Shown here: positions 51,367 to 63,208 of the stretch, in pieces | Position numbering within the stretch: position 1 is the stretch's first letter | Layout: each line of letters starts with the position of its first letter | Assembly (NCBI GenBank): GCA_028534125.1 | Contig: CM052816.1 | Coordinates: 92,196,001-92,260,000, forward strand | Direction of reading: 5' to 3' | Source: Lama glama | Lineage: Eukaryota | Length of the DNA: 64,000 bases | Notes under the pieces: model-generated | The model's input: the letters and a program-made list of their open reading frames with translations, nothing else | Told to the model about the DNA's origin: nothing | Databases searched by the model: none | Program-made: the position numbers and the translations under genes

Positions 51367-51385
51367 TGAACACTAGAGGGCAACA
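51367..51385 (+). promoter_or_regulatory. Candidate CTCF motif
   Basis: TGAACACTAGAGGGCAACA fits the CCASYAGRKGGCR core with one mismatch. Confidence 0.45.
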
Positions 51386-51441
51386 TTGTTCCTCAAATAC
51401 ACACGCAAAGGAAAAACTAGGGATGTATAAAATTCCTCAAC

Positions 51442-52210
51442 TTTTTTTTTTCTTCCCTTTAAGAAGACTCCTTTTCAATATACACATTTGATGAATTTGG
51501 AGGCATGCATATTCCCAAGGTGATAAACAGTGTCACCTCCAGAGTTTCCTCCTGCCCTTCCCCACCCCAGCCTTTTTTTTTTTTTTTGTGATAAGAACTT
51601 AAAGTGAGGTCTACCCTCTTGACAAGTTTCCAAGTGCACAGTACAGTATGGTTAACTACCAGATTCGTGCTGTACAGCAGATCTCCAGAACTTGCTCATC
51701 TTGTACAACTGAAACTTCATGCCTGTTGAACAACTTTCCCCACCTACCGTGCCCCGGCCACCACCCTTGTAGTCAGGCACTGAGCTGACTGTTTTCAATA
51801 CCTCACCTAAGTGGGATCAGGCAGCATTGGTCCTGTGCTTGGTTAATTTCACTAGGACAGTGTCCTCTAGTTACATCCAGGTTGTCTCCAGTGGCAGGAT
51901 TTCCTTTTTTTTTTTTTAAGCCTGAGTATAGACCACATTTTCTTTATCTGTTCATCTGTCAGTGGACATTTAAGCTGTTGCCACCCCTTGGCTACTGTGA
52001 ATATTGCTGCAGTGAGTGAGCGTGGGAGTGCAGCTATCTCTTTGAGATGCAGATTTTCACCCTTTGGGGTGCACACTTCCTGGATCCTAGAGTCATTCTG
52101 TGTTTCATTTTTCGAGGAAGCTCCATCCTGTTCTCCGCTGCCACTTTTCCCAGACGCTGTGGACGATCGGCCTCGGTTCCCAGCGCTGGCCAAACCCTCT
52201 CCTCATCTGC
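51442..52210 (-). mobile_element. Older L1 3' region, locally GC-enriched
   Basis: 'ctgtacagcagatctccagaacttgctcatc', ORF 51867-52193(-) AAIFTVAKGWQQLKCPLTDEQIKKMW. Confidence 0.8.
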
Positions 52211-52224
52211 CACTTCCCGGCACC

Positions 52225-53390
52225 TCTTGTCTGTTCCAAAACATGCCTTCAGCTCTTTCTGAAAAATCACCTTTTTTAGGAAAGACTTTCCCTCGCCACC
52301 CTGATAAAAATTACAACCATAGTCCATATTCCTCCTCCATACAGTATGTTGCTTTTTACTTATCTTCATGTTTTTCTTATAAATTATATTTTTCTAGTAG
52401 AAAGTAGGCTCCACACATGCCAGTAATTTTGTCTGCTTCATTCATTTCATACTAAACTCGGAAAATTCTCTCTTTTACAAAACCAGGGGTTAGAGAAGGG
52501 ACTGCCGTGTAACACTCACCACGTGTATTGGAAGATGCCTCCCTTTGGGGAAGCGTTCCTATTCTCCAGTGGCACCAGGAAATAATGCGTTACATTCTGC
52601 ATATTCCACCTTAAACTCAACACGTCCGAAACTAGACCTCTTATCTTTTCTATCTTCTGAGCTTTCTGACTTGGTTGGGAAAAATTACTAGCTAACACCC
52701 AGAGAGACATCTAGAAGACATTCCACCCTTACCATGTTCATCTCCCTTCACTTTGAATGTGTGTTTAGTTGCTTTGCATCTTGGCCTGACTTTAGTCTAG
52801 TGAGAGCAGGAACCTGATTTCTCTTCCCCACCATCACGTACTCCACGCCTGGCATGGTCTCAGTCACGGGGTGGGAGTTTAATAAACCTTCATTAGACAC
52901 ACGTTGCTGAATACACTCTAGATTCCTCCCTTTCTCTCATTCCTCATTTTCCAAGAGTCATCAAGCCCCTGATTCTATTCCTGCATGTCTCTCTAATCAC
53001 CTCTTCTTCCTGTCTCCAACTTTGTCCATCACCTCTTCCCCATTGACCCTCACTTCCCCAACCAGGCCAAAAGCAATCATGTTTCCCATTCCTCAGCAAG
53101 CCCTGTCCTGCCTCCACACCCTACCTGTGCTCTGCCCTCCACCTGGAGCCCTCCCGCCCACCTGTCCCGGTCTGCTTCATCAGCTCCTGCTCATGTTCCC
53201 ACAGCACTGGGACAAACCTCTCTGCCAGCCCACATCACTGCACGAGGACGCTCTGTTCCCTGTCCTTCCCCACATGGGCCTCAAGGGCAGGAATTCTCTG
53301 TTTCCTCTTTGTGTCTCAAGAGCCTTACTTGGCCCCTCTGTCACGGCAGGCCCTTGAAGAATATTTGCTGAAGTGTAGCTTGTGAACACA
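52225..53390 (+). mobile_element. Several decayed L2 fragments interspersed with unique sequence
   Basis: 'gtgagagcaggaacctg...cctggcatg...taataaa', 'ccaagagtcatcaagcccctgattcta', 'cctcaagggcaggaattctctgt'. Confidence 0.5.
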
Positions 53391-53504
53391 CCTTCATTTA
53401 CGAGTCTACATTTTTACCCCACCCTGCTTTTAGTTTCCTTTGTTCCTCTGCTTTTAATGTTTATGAAGTATTGAATTTTTATCTTCAAAATGACTTTAAA
53501 GAAG

Positions 53505-53695
53505 TTTTTAAAACTTTTTAAAATTAAAAAAAATATTTATTGACGTGTAGTTGACTCACAATGTTAGTTTCAGGTGTACAGCAAAGTGATTCAGATATAC
53601 ATATACATACTTATATATATTTTTTCTTTTCAGACTCTTTTCCATTATACGTTATTACAAGAAATTGGATATAGTTCCCTGTGCTATGCAGTAGA
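53505..53695 (-). mobile_element. L1 3' end
   Basis: 'tttcaggtgtacagcaaagtgattcag...atagttccctgtgctatgcagtag'. Confidence 0.85.
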
Positions 53696-53929
53696 AGTAC
53701 ACATCAAAATTTTATTGTAATAACTGGGTTGGGAAAATTGAGATCCAAGAGTTGACTGAATTTCCAATCAGCTGACCAACACATGAGGTTTCCTGGACTG
53801 GAAACGTCAAGAGCAGAGGGGGAGATGCACTGAATTCTCCTTGCCCGGAACTGCACTGCCCCACAGACAGTGCTGCCCATCATCCTGGCAAAGGGAGAAC
53901 TGGTACCCATGTTTCTCACCCAGGATGCC

Positions 53930-54275
53930 TGCTATGGGCTGAATTTGGTCTTCTCCAAAATTCATAGGTTGAAGCCCTAACCCCCAGTCTCTCAAAATGT
54001 GACTATATTCAGAGATAGGATCTTTATAGGGGTGATTAAGTTAAAATGAAATTATGAAGGTGGACCCCAATTCAATATGACTGATGTCCTTGCAAGGAGA
54101 GGGTTTTTGGACACAGACACACACACAGAGATCATGTGAAGACAAATGAGAAGACAGCCATTAACAAGACAAGAACAGGGGCCTCAAGAAAAACCAACCC
54201 CATTGACACCTTGATCTCAGGTTTCCGGCCTCCAAATTTGTTGAAGCTGCTCCATCTATGGCACTTGGTTACAAG
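53930..54275 (+). mobile_element. MLT1B-like MaLR LTR
   Basis: 'tgctatgggctgaatt...aaattcataggttgaagccctaaccccc...gacaccttgatctcag'. Confidence 0.85.
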
Positions 54276-54512
54276 GATATTTATGTGTCTGTCCTGCTAT
54301 ATGTATGCCTTTTGCAACAGTGGAGTCTTAATGTGCACGTTGTTTCCCAGTGGCTCTTTCACATAACAGTAGGTGAGCTGTTTCAATGCTAAGCATTTTT
54401 AATGGCCCAACAGCCTTTTTGGTTCTGACAAAACCTCATACAATCTCTTCTTAAAGAAGCCATGCCTTGTCTTTGCAGTACATTTTAAAACACAGTTGAA
54501 CTCAGTAATGTC

Positions 54513-54732
54513 ATTTTTTAAAGTCAAAGCATAGTTGATTTTTGATGTGTTAATTTCTGGTGTACAGCATAGTGACTCAGTTCTACATATATATGTATCC
54601 TTTTTCATATTCTTTTTAGTTATAGATTATTACAAGATAATGAATATAATTCCCTGTGCTACACAGTAGGACTTTGCTGTTCATTTATTTTCTACATAGG
54701 CGTTTGTATCCGCGAATTCCAAACTCCTAATT
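54513..54732 (-). mobile_element. L1 3' end
   Basis: 'aatttctggtgtacagcatagtgactcag...ttccctgtgctacacagtagg...aaactcctaatt'. Confidence 0.85.
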
Positions 54733-54964
54733 AAATTAGGAATCATCTCATTTTGAAAAGAGCTCCGTGGGGACCTGATGCCCATCAATCCATCTCCCTA
54801 ATTTCACTTTCCAAGTTAGGAAGGAAGAAAGGAGCTCAGGCCTTGACACCTCAAACTCCTCCTGCCCCCTCCTCCTCGGCCCTTATCTTCCTCCCACCTC
54901 CCTCCATCCGTGTCCATCATGGGAATCCAGTGCTTCCCCATCTTTATGAGAAGCACAAACATGT

Positions 54965-55370
54965 AAATTCCTAGAATGCCTTAGGCCTCCAGTGATTCTA
55001 TTTGCAAATATTCCGGAAAGAAAAAGCACGGCCCCTAAAGGAGCTTGGAATTCGCTTGGAGTTGGTTTGCAGATCGGCTGTGGGGAAGCGGAGATACCGC
55101 GCGGCTTGTTCTCATGCGCACGCATTGTTTTGCATTTGGGTTTGGTTTCTAAATTAGAGTGCAGACTCTTACAAACATGTTTTGGGCCCCACGTAGGGCT
55201 TCGCTGATGGAAGGCACGATACTGGAGTGGGTGCGAACTCGAGCTTTGATGGCTACCAGACCTCCGTTCAAATCTCAGCATCTCTACCGACAAACCATGA
55301 CACGTGTCCCGGGCAGATTTCTCTCTGAGCCAGTTTCCGTATCTGGACGTCCGTAACGTGTCCAGATTTA
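54965..55370. promoter_or_regulatory. Small CpG-dense candidate promoter/enhancer
   Basis: About 23 CpGs in ~350 bp in an otherwise CpG-poor window; TTCCTAGAA, TTCCGGAA, CCGCGCGG, CATGCGCACGCA, CACGTG motifs. Confidence 0.45.
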
Positions 55371-55465
55371 CAACACCTCTCAAGGGCCTGTGGGGAAGAA
55401 GAACAAATGCAGCACAAGCTATTTAGGGTGGTGCCTGATACACAGTAGACATTAGCGAAAAACTT
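55240..55465 (+). mobile_element. MIR relic overlapping the CpG-dense element
   Basis: 'gttcaaatctcagc...ctctctgagccagtttccgtatctg...gtgcctgatacacagtag'. Confidence 0.65.
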
Positions 55466-56895
55466 TTAAGATACTTTATTGCCGTGGCCCCTGATACATT
55501 TCTGTAAGGAAATCCCATACTCTGAGTGGAGGTTCATATCTTAGATGTATAAAGCAAGCTGGCTGAGGTCCTGTTTTGTCCTACTTCTCGCTGCTTGATT
55601 GGGGAGAAGAACTGGACTTAAAAAGTAAAGTTGATAAAAAGGAGGCTGCAATATGAGCACAGAAATTAAATTACTCTTTATTGTTGCCACAAGGACATTT
55701 CAGTGGAGGCTTTTTAAATCTTCTACTCAATAGATATCTTTTTATGAGCAAATAGTTTAGCTGCTGATATTAGATTTTATTTATCCCTTCAGTGACCATT
55801 GCAGGGTTTTGGAAAGTAACTGTGGACAGGGGCAGAGAGTTCCCTGGGTCCCAGGCCATGGGAGCTGAGTCACCACAGAGAAGGCTAAGCTGAAGGGTCT
55901 CTTCTTGGCTGTCAAGTGGGCATTTCCACTATTATTATGTAAAGTCACCTATTTCTGTATAATTAGGGGGAACAACAGTTTCAAATAAAGGCACTCTTCT
56001 CTTACAAAACTTTACCTCAGTATTTTAAGGACTGGAATAATTTTGTGCACCATTGCAATGTAAATCATTCATTTTTTTTTTTTATAGCTAATTTGAGCTT
56101 TCCTGGAGGGGGTGTGGAATTACACATCACACTTCTTTGCTCAAAAAACCAAGTCATCTTTGCTGCTTTTTTATTTTAACTTAGATCTCCTTTCTCAAAT
56201 TCACATCATGGTTTTGCAGGATTCTGCACCTTTCTTCCAGGCCTCAGCAAACCACCTCTGATTATCGCATCAAGCGCCTGGCTCTGACCTGGGATTCCCC
56301 CTACCCACCTGCGGACGTGCCTGGTTGGTCTAAACATTCCACCCATAACTCTGAGATTTCCTAAGAGCATCTTGCACAGAAAAACTGAAGGCCACTTGGG
56401 CCTTGAGCCAAGACAGCTTTTCCTCTGGAATCACACTGAACCAGCATAACTCTCGGCCATCTCTGCTAAGCGATTTTCTGTGTCTCTCTCCCCTTTGAAG
56501 GTGAATTAGGGAATGATGTGTTAAGGTAGTATTTTCTCTGGGAGGTAAGGAAAGAGAAGCCTTTAAAGAAGACAGGCTTTTATTACTGAGAAATTGCTTC
56601 GGGCTTCCCTCCGCCCTCCTCCCTGCCTCCCTGCATCACTGCAGTAGGCAACAAGAACCCAATACTGCCAAAATCCACTGGCCAAATGGAACCCACAGCG
56701 CTTCCTGACCCACCGAACACTCAGCCCTCCGATGACGCAAGATCCTGGGGCAAGTTAGTCATGCACAAACAAGAGTGGCCCTTGACTAGCTTTTCTTGCT
56801 TGGATTCCAAGTATCACCACCTACACTGTACCAAGCCTGTAATGGTGACGGCAGTACTCGTTCCTTTGTCAATTGATGTAGCAATCATCGCTCTT

Positions 56896-58012
56896 CCTTT
56901 TTAACTGAGGTATAGTCAGTTTACAGTGTGTCAATTTCTGGTGTACAGCCTAATGTTTCAGTCATACATGTACATACATATATTCCTTTCCATATTCTTT
57001 TTCATTATAGGTTACTACAAGATATTGAATATAGTTTCCTGTGCTGTACAGAAGAAACGTGTTGTTTATCTAGTTTATACATAGTAGTTAATAGTTGCAA
57101 ATCTCAAACTCCCAATTTATCCCTTCCCACCCACTTTCCCCCCTGGTAACCATAAGTTTGTTTACTATGTCTGTGAGTCTGTTTCTGTTTTGTAGATGAA
57201 TTCATTAGTGTCTTCTTTTTTCTCTTTTTGATTCCACCTATGAGTGCTATCATATGGTATTTTCTTTCTCTTCCTGGCCTACTTCACTTAGAATGATGAT
57301 CTGCAGGTCCATCCATGTTGCTGCAAATGGAATTATTTTATTCTTTTTTATGGCTGAATAGTATCACATCTTATAAATATACCATTGCTTCTTCATCCAG
57401 TCATCTGTCGATGGACATTTAGATGGTTTCCATGTCTCAGCTCTTGTATATAGTGCTGCTATGAACATTGGGGTGTGTGTATCTTTTCAAATTAGCGTTC
57501 CCTCGAGATATATGCCCAGGAGTGGGATTGCCGGATCATATGGTAAGTCTGTTTTTAGTCCTTTAAAGAACCTCCATACTGTTTTGCTTAACAGCTGCAC
57601 CAAACTACATTCCCACCAACAGTGCAGGAGGGTTCCATCTTCTCTACACCCTCTCTAGCATTTATCGTTTGTGGACTTTTTAATGCTGGCCATTCTGACT
57701 CGTGTGAGGTGATGCCTCACTGCAGTTTTGGTTTGCATTTCTCTGACAGTTAGTGATACTGAGCATTATTTCACATGCCTATTGGCCATTTGTATGTCTT
57801 CATCAGAGAATTGCTTGTTTAGGTCTTCCGCCCATTTTTGGATTGGGCTGTTTGGTTGTTTTTGTTATTAAGTTGTATGAGCAGTTTATACAGAAATTAA
57901 ACCTTTGTTAGCCGCCTCATTTGCAAATATTTTCTCCCATTGCATAGGTTGTCTTTTTGTTTTACTTATGGTTTCCTTTGCCGTGCAAAGGCTTGTAAGT
58001 TTAATTAGGTCC
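56896..58012 (-). mobile_element. L1 3' region (~1.1 kb)
   Basis: Collinear with the reverse complement of 25250-26150; possible TSD cgctctt (56889-56895) / cactctt (58013-58019). Confidence 0.93.
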
Positions 58013-59359
58013 CACTCTTGAACAAGATTGATTCTTGTTCAAATTGTGCTGATTACAACAGGAACAAAGATGAATAAGCAGCATCCATGGTCATCCATCA
58101 ATAACTCACAATCTAATGGCAAAGAGGACAATTCCAAAACAATATGGAAACCCAGTAACCAGCATTCACAAAGGAGCTTCTAACCCAGAAAACAAGAGGA
58201 GGAAGCAAAGACCTCTTGAAAAATCAGCGCCTGAATTGAATGTTATATTTGAAATCTCAGGGATCTAAAGAGATCGAAATATTTTTAGATGCTCATTTGT
58301 TCCACAAACACCCTCAGGTCCCATTGGAAAACAGGCTCCAGAGCTGTGACTTCTTTATGGAATTAAATGTCGTCCGTTTGCTTTTACTTCTTCTTCTTGT
58401 AGGAATGAGGCCGTAAATTCTGCTCACAAAATAGGTATTTCTCAGCTTTCAAACTTTTGGTTCGGAAAACGTCCATTTCCTGCTCAGTTAAACAAGGCTC
58501 CCGCCGATGCTGGCTCTCACTCTTCTGCCAAAGCCATTATACATGTGGGCTGTGATGTCTGGACAGACTTTAAATAGGAGCGTTGAATCCCAATGGGTGT
58601 GTCTTGATGTGATAATTGCTTTTGGGACAGGTTATTGTGCATGGCTTTCAGTCCAAGGCATTCAGCTTAAAATACATTTTGTGTATCGTGCAAATCACTT
58701 GGAAAAAAATCCTTGGTGAACTGCCTATAAAATTCCTAGCACAGGCTAAGTCATATCCTCAAGTATTTCATTTTTCCATTGGACCCAACTTCCCAAACAG
58801 TTAAAAAAAAATAGAGACTTTAATTAACGGCAAATTTTATTACTCTCATTCTAAGGGTGGAGAAACTGAGACACTAGAATGAGTCATCCACAGCTGCAGA
58901 AAAAGTTAGATGCAAAATCTATTGGTAGATTCTAGTTCAGATTTCCATTCATTAGATGTTGCATCTTCTCACATTCCCTTTCAATAAGATATTTTTCCCT
59001 GTTTGTGATATAATGAAACAAATCTGTAGAAGTGAATGCAAAAAAGAAAAAGTAAAGCATTGAGATGGATGTCAGGATTGTCCTGTCACTGCGCTTTGAT
59101 TATACAGTGCATTTTACATGGACACCATGTCTTTAATTTTTTTATCCTCCTGACATCGTATCTAGGTTATCCCTCAATATAGTATATTGGGGGCCATAAA
59201 CTAAACTCATTTCTGGTCTCCATGAAGTACATTCTATGGCTATATTGATACTGTTAGTCTGCTCTTATGCTAATATATTGCTCTATTAATTTATTTTTTA
59301 TTCATAGTCCATACCAGTGAATATTCACCAAGAAATACATGGTCAATTTGAGAAATGGT

Positions 59360-59910
59360 TTGCACCCCAATGTTCATTAGCTGCATTATTTATAATAGCC
59401 AAGGTATAGAAGCAACCTAAGTGTCCATTAGCAGATGAATGGATAGAGAAGACTTCATGTGTGTATATATATATACAGAATGGATACTACTCAGCCATAA
59501 AAAAAGAATGAAATTTTGCAATTTGAAACAACATAGAGGGACCTGGAGAGTATTACGCTTAGTAAGATAATTCAGACAGAGAAAGACAGATAACCTATGT
59601 TATCATTTATTGAACTAGTGAATATAACAAAAAAGAAACAGACTCACAGATCTAGAGAACAAACTAGTGGTGACTAGTGGGGAGAGGAAAGGGGGAGGGG
59701 CAAGATGGGGTAGGGATTAAGAGGTACAAACTACTATGTATAAAATAAATACACTAAACAAGGATATATTGTACAGCACAAAGAATATAGCCAATATTTT
59801 ATAATAACTTTAAGTGGAGTATAATCTATAAAAATTTTGTACCACTATGTTGTACACCTGAAACTAATACAAAATTGTAACTCAATTGTGCTTCAATCAA
59901 AAAAAAAATT
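59360..59910 (+). mobile_element. L1 3' region
   Basis: 'gcaccccaatgttcat...aagcaacctaagtgtcca...gtacacctgaaactaatac', A tail. Confidence 0.9.
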
Positions 59911-60289
59911 GAATACCCATCATTGGAAATATCCTTTGACTGTTGAGTATTGAGAATTTTTTCTTGGTAAATATTCACTCCAGAAGACAATTAATTATAA
60001 GTAAGTTAATAGGCAAATCCTTTGTGGGAGGACTGCCCAATGATCAGATATAATCCCTGATAATTCTGGTTCTTGCTGTGACCCAGAAATTGAAGCATTC
60101 CCAAAGGCAGGGAAACACTCTCCCCAGATAATGGAATGGTGAGCACTTCCCAGCAGGGAGCCCTCCTCTTCTTAGCAGCTGTTTCATTGACTCAACACAT
60201 GGATGCAGGTGCCTGAGCCACGTCACCCTTTGGAGAGTGCCAGCCGCTGGTGGTGGCAACACTAATACATCCACATTCCAGTTTCATCC

Positions 60290-60960
60290 GGTCTTCCTAT
60301 GTGCCAAGCCCCGAGCCACACCCTAGGAATAGAGAACACAATAGACACAGTCTGGTGGGAGACATAGTCAACAAATGCAAAATGTGCAGAGAACTATGAG
60401 AACACGTAATGAAGGATGCAAACTGAACTGGGAAATTAAGAAATTAGGCAACTACGTGGAGAAAGTACTTCATCTAAGAACTGGTTCGCAAACTTGGCTG
60501 CACACTGAAATCACCTGGGGAGCTTTCAAAAATCCTTTTCCATGGGTCTCACCTCCAGAGATTCTGATTAAACTGGTATGGGATGAGGCCTGGGCATCAG
60601 AATTTTTTAAAACTCCCTGAGCAATTCGAACAGGTGGCAAAGTTAGGGACCCCAAGTCTATGGATAAATAAGTAAGCGGGAGTCCAGTGAAGATGGTCCT
60701 AGTGGAGGGAACAGTATGTACAAAGGCCCTGGGGTCTGAAGGAGCTTAGAACATTCTGGAAATGAAGCACCTGGAGTGTAAACAGGAGGCCTGAAGGGGC
60801 AGGAGCTGGATCACATATGGCCTTGCTAAGTGAGGCTGCAGATTTCACACTATTTGGTAAGAGCAGTGGAAGCCACTGTGTGGCTTGAGATAAGGAAGTA
60901 AAATCATCAGACTTGTTTATAAAAGGCAGCTCCAACTGCAGGGCAGAGAGTTTGTTAGGG
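60290..60960 (-). mobile_element. L2 fragments split by MER5A
   Basis: 'tcctatgtgccaagc', 'gaacagtatgtacaaaggccctgggg', 'gagcagtggaagccactg'. Confidence 0.65.
60480..60655. mobile_element. MER5A hAT MITE
   Basis: 'aaacttggctgcacactgaaatcacctggggagcttt...cagagattctgatt...ggcctgggcatcagaattttttaaaactccc'. Confidence 0.88.
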
Positions 60961-61819
60961 GTAGTATGATATTAAGCAAGCCTCTCTCTTATGTTCCAGG
61001 AGCTCAGAGCTATAGGAAGAGCAGGATGATAGAAACAGGAACAGGGTTGCAGTCATGCCAAGCAAAGGAGAAAGGAGTCGGGCTCTCCGAGCTGACCCTG
61101 GGCAGTGGGAGAACCTGATTTTCTTTCACGTAAGCCAACTCCCTCCCATTACACAATCCTCTATCCTCTGATCGAAATTCTTCACCCTTCCCATCCTCAG
61201 CCCCTCCAGCAGCCACCCCAGACTGTGCTGAATAAGCAGGGACAAGTCACAGAGAAGAAAGAGCCCCGAGAGAGATTTGTTACCTATGGGGACCCCCAGA
61301 GCCCTGAGAATTGAAAATGAAAGCCAGGTGCCGTCTGCAAGGACCAGAGGTGCATCCTTGGGAGGGGAGAGGGGCTGCTCTCAAACCTCCACCACCCACA
61401 GCCACCCTCCAGACAGGAAGAGCCATTGTCCACCATGTGAAACTTCTCTGGATGCCTCATGTGAGCAAGCTTGCCAATGGCGGCAACACAATATACTGTG
61501 AACCAGCCACTCCTTTCCTCCACAATATGTGACAAATTAGAAACGAGTTTACACTACTTTCCATTCTACCCCAGATTTGCTATTGAACCTTAAGACAAAG
61601 GCTTCTTAACTCATTATTTTCCATCCACAAAATGAATCTTTTGATAGCTTGGGAGGGAGGCAGAAGACTCTAATCATTGGATGATTTCAGCATTCAAAGA
61701 AATTAAAATAGAAATCCACAAAAATCTAAAAAAATTATTTTAATAGTAATCTAGTCATAACCCTTCAATATTCATTCAATATGAGCCAGAATCTATGCAT
61801 ACATATCTCACCCAACACT

Positions 61820-61980
61820 GCCACCTCCTCCATGAGTAGGATAGTATTACCTCCATTTTGTAGAAGAGGAAACCGAGGTTCTGAGTGGAACCATAATTTG
61901 CCCAGGGACACAGGAGGAATAATTGGCTGGCTTGTGACTTGAACCCAGCTCTAGTCTGACCCTGCAGCACCCATTCTCAA
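61820..61980 (-). mobile_element. MIR relic
   Basis: 'attacctccattttgtagaagaggaaaccgaggttc...atttgcccagg...ttgaacccag'. Confidence 0.75.
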
Positions 61981-62269
61981 TCAGTAGGCCCTACTGGTTC
62001 CCTCGCTGTTGGTTCTTTCTCAGTTTGGGAAAAATTCTGAGCTCCACCTACTCATAGTATCATAGCAGAGATGCTCCTGATGGTACCAACATGAAAACCC
62101 CTGAAAATTTAATGTCAGTGAGACAAGGAAGGTTTTCGTCCTCTAAATACCAGGTATGTAACCAAGGCCAGTTACTTGAGCGCTCTGTCTGTTTCCTCAC
62201 CTGCAAAATGGGAGAGTAAGAATAAAATCTACCTCACTGGTCTTGTGAGGATTGACTAAAAGGATTATA

Positions 62270-62597
62270 AAAATAAACTCATCTACAAAACAGAAACATA
62301 CTCACAGACACAGTAAACAATCTTATGGGGGGAGAGGGGGTGGAAAGGGATACATCTGGGAGTTTGAGATTTGTAAATATTAACTAGTATATAGAAAAAT
62401 AGATAAAAAACCAAATTTCTTCTGTATAGCACAGGGAACTAAATTCAGTATCTTGTCATAACCTTTAATGAAAAAGAATATGGAAATGAATAATATGTAT
62501 GTATATGCATGACTGGGACATTATGCTGTACACCAGAGATTGACACATTATAACTGACTATATTTCAATTTAAAAAAATTAAAACAAAACAAAACAA
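62270..62597 (+). mobile_element. L1 3' end inserted in a MIR (MIR ~62150-62260 and ~62598-62640)
   Basis: 'aactcatctacaaaacagaaacatactcacagac...actgactatatttcaat', (aaaac)n tail. Confidence 0.88.
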
Positions 62598-62828
62598 AGC
62601 ACTTACTACAGTCTATCATATTAGTGTTCAATAAATTATTGATTATTAGTATTATTACAATTATTATAATAGTTTGTACATTTCTTCATCTTTTTACCCT
62701 AGTTGTGCAGCACCTTTAACTTTCAAAGTGGAAAGTGGCCACAAAATTAGATAAAAGACTATAAATAGAGTTCCGTCAGCCGTGCTTGGGCAGTAATTTT
62801 TTTTTATAGTGAATTGATAAATGCTATA

Positions 62829-63138
62829 TTTTTTTAACATTTTTTATTGATTTATAACCATTTTACAATGTGTCAAATTCCAGTGTTCAGCACAATTTTT
62901 CAGTCATTCATGGACATATACACACTCATTGTCACATTTTTTCCTCTGTGAGTTATCATAACATTTTGTGTATATTTCCCTGTGCTATACAGTGTAATCT
63001 TGTTTATCTATTCTACAGTTTTGAAATCCCAGTCTATCCCTTCCCACCCTCCACCCCCCTGGCAACCACAAGTCTGTATTCTCTGTCTGTGAGTCTATTT
63101 CTGTCCTGTATTTACGCTTTGTTTTTGTTTGTTTGTTG
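62829..63138 (-). mobile_element. Young L1 3' end, same subfamily as 26829-27029
   Basis: 'ttaacattttttattgatttataaccattttacaatg...cacaatttttcag'. Confidence 0.9.
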
Positions 63139-63189
63139 TAATTTGATGGAGGTGGGGTCCTGGGGAGTGAGGAAAGGCAGCTTTGCCCA

Positions 63190-63208
63190 TCACCACTAGG
63201 TGGTGCTA
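63190..63208 (+). promoter_or_regulatory. Candidate CTCF motif
   Basis: TCACCACTAGGTGGTGCTA vs consensus CCACYAGGKGGCGCTA; differs only at the CpG position (TG). Confidence 0.55.
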
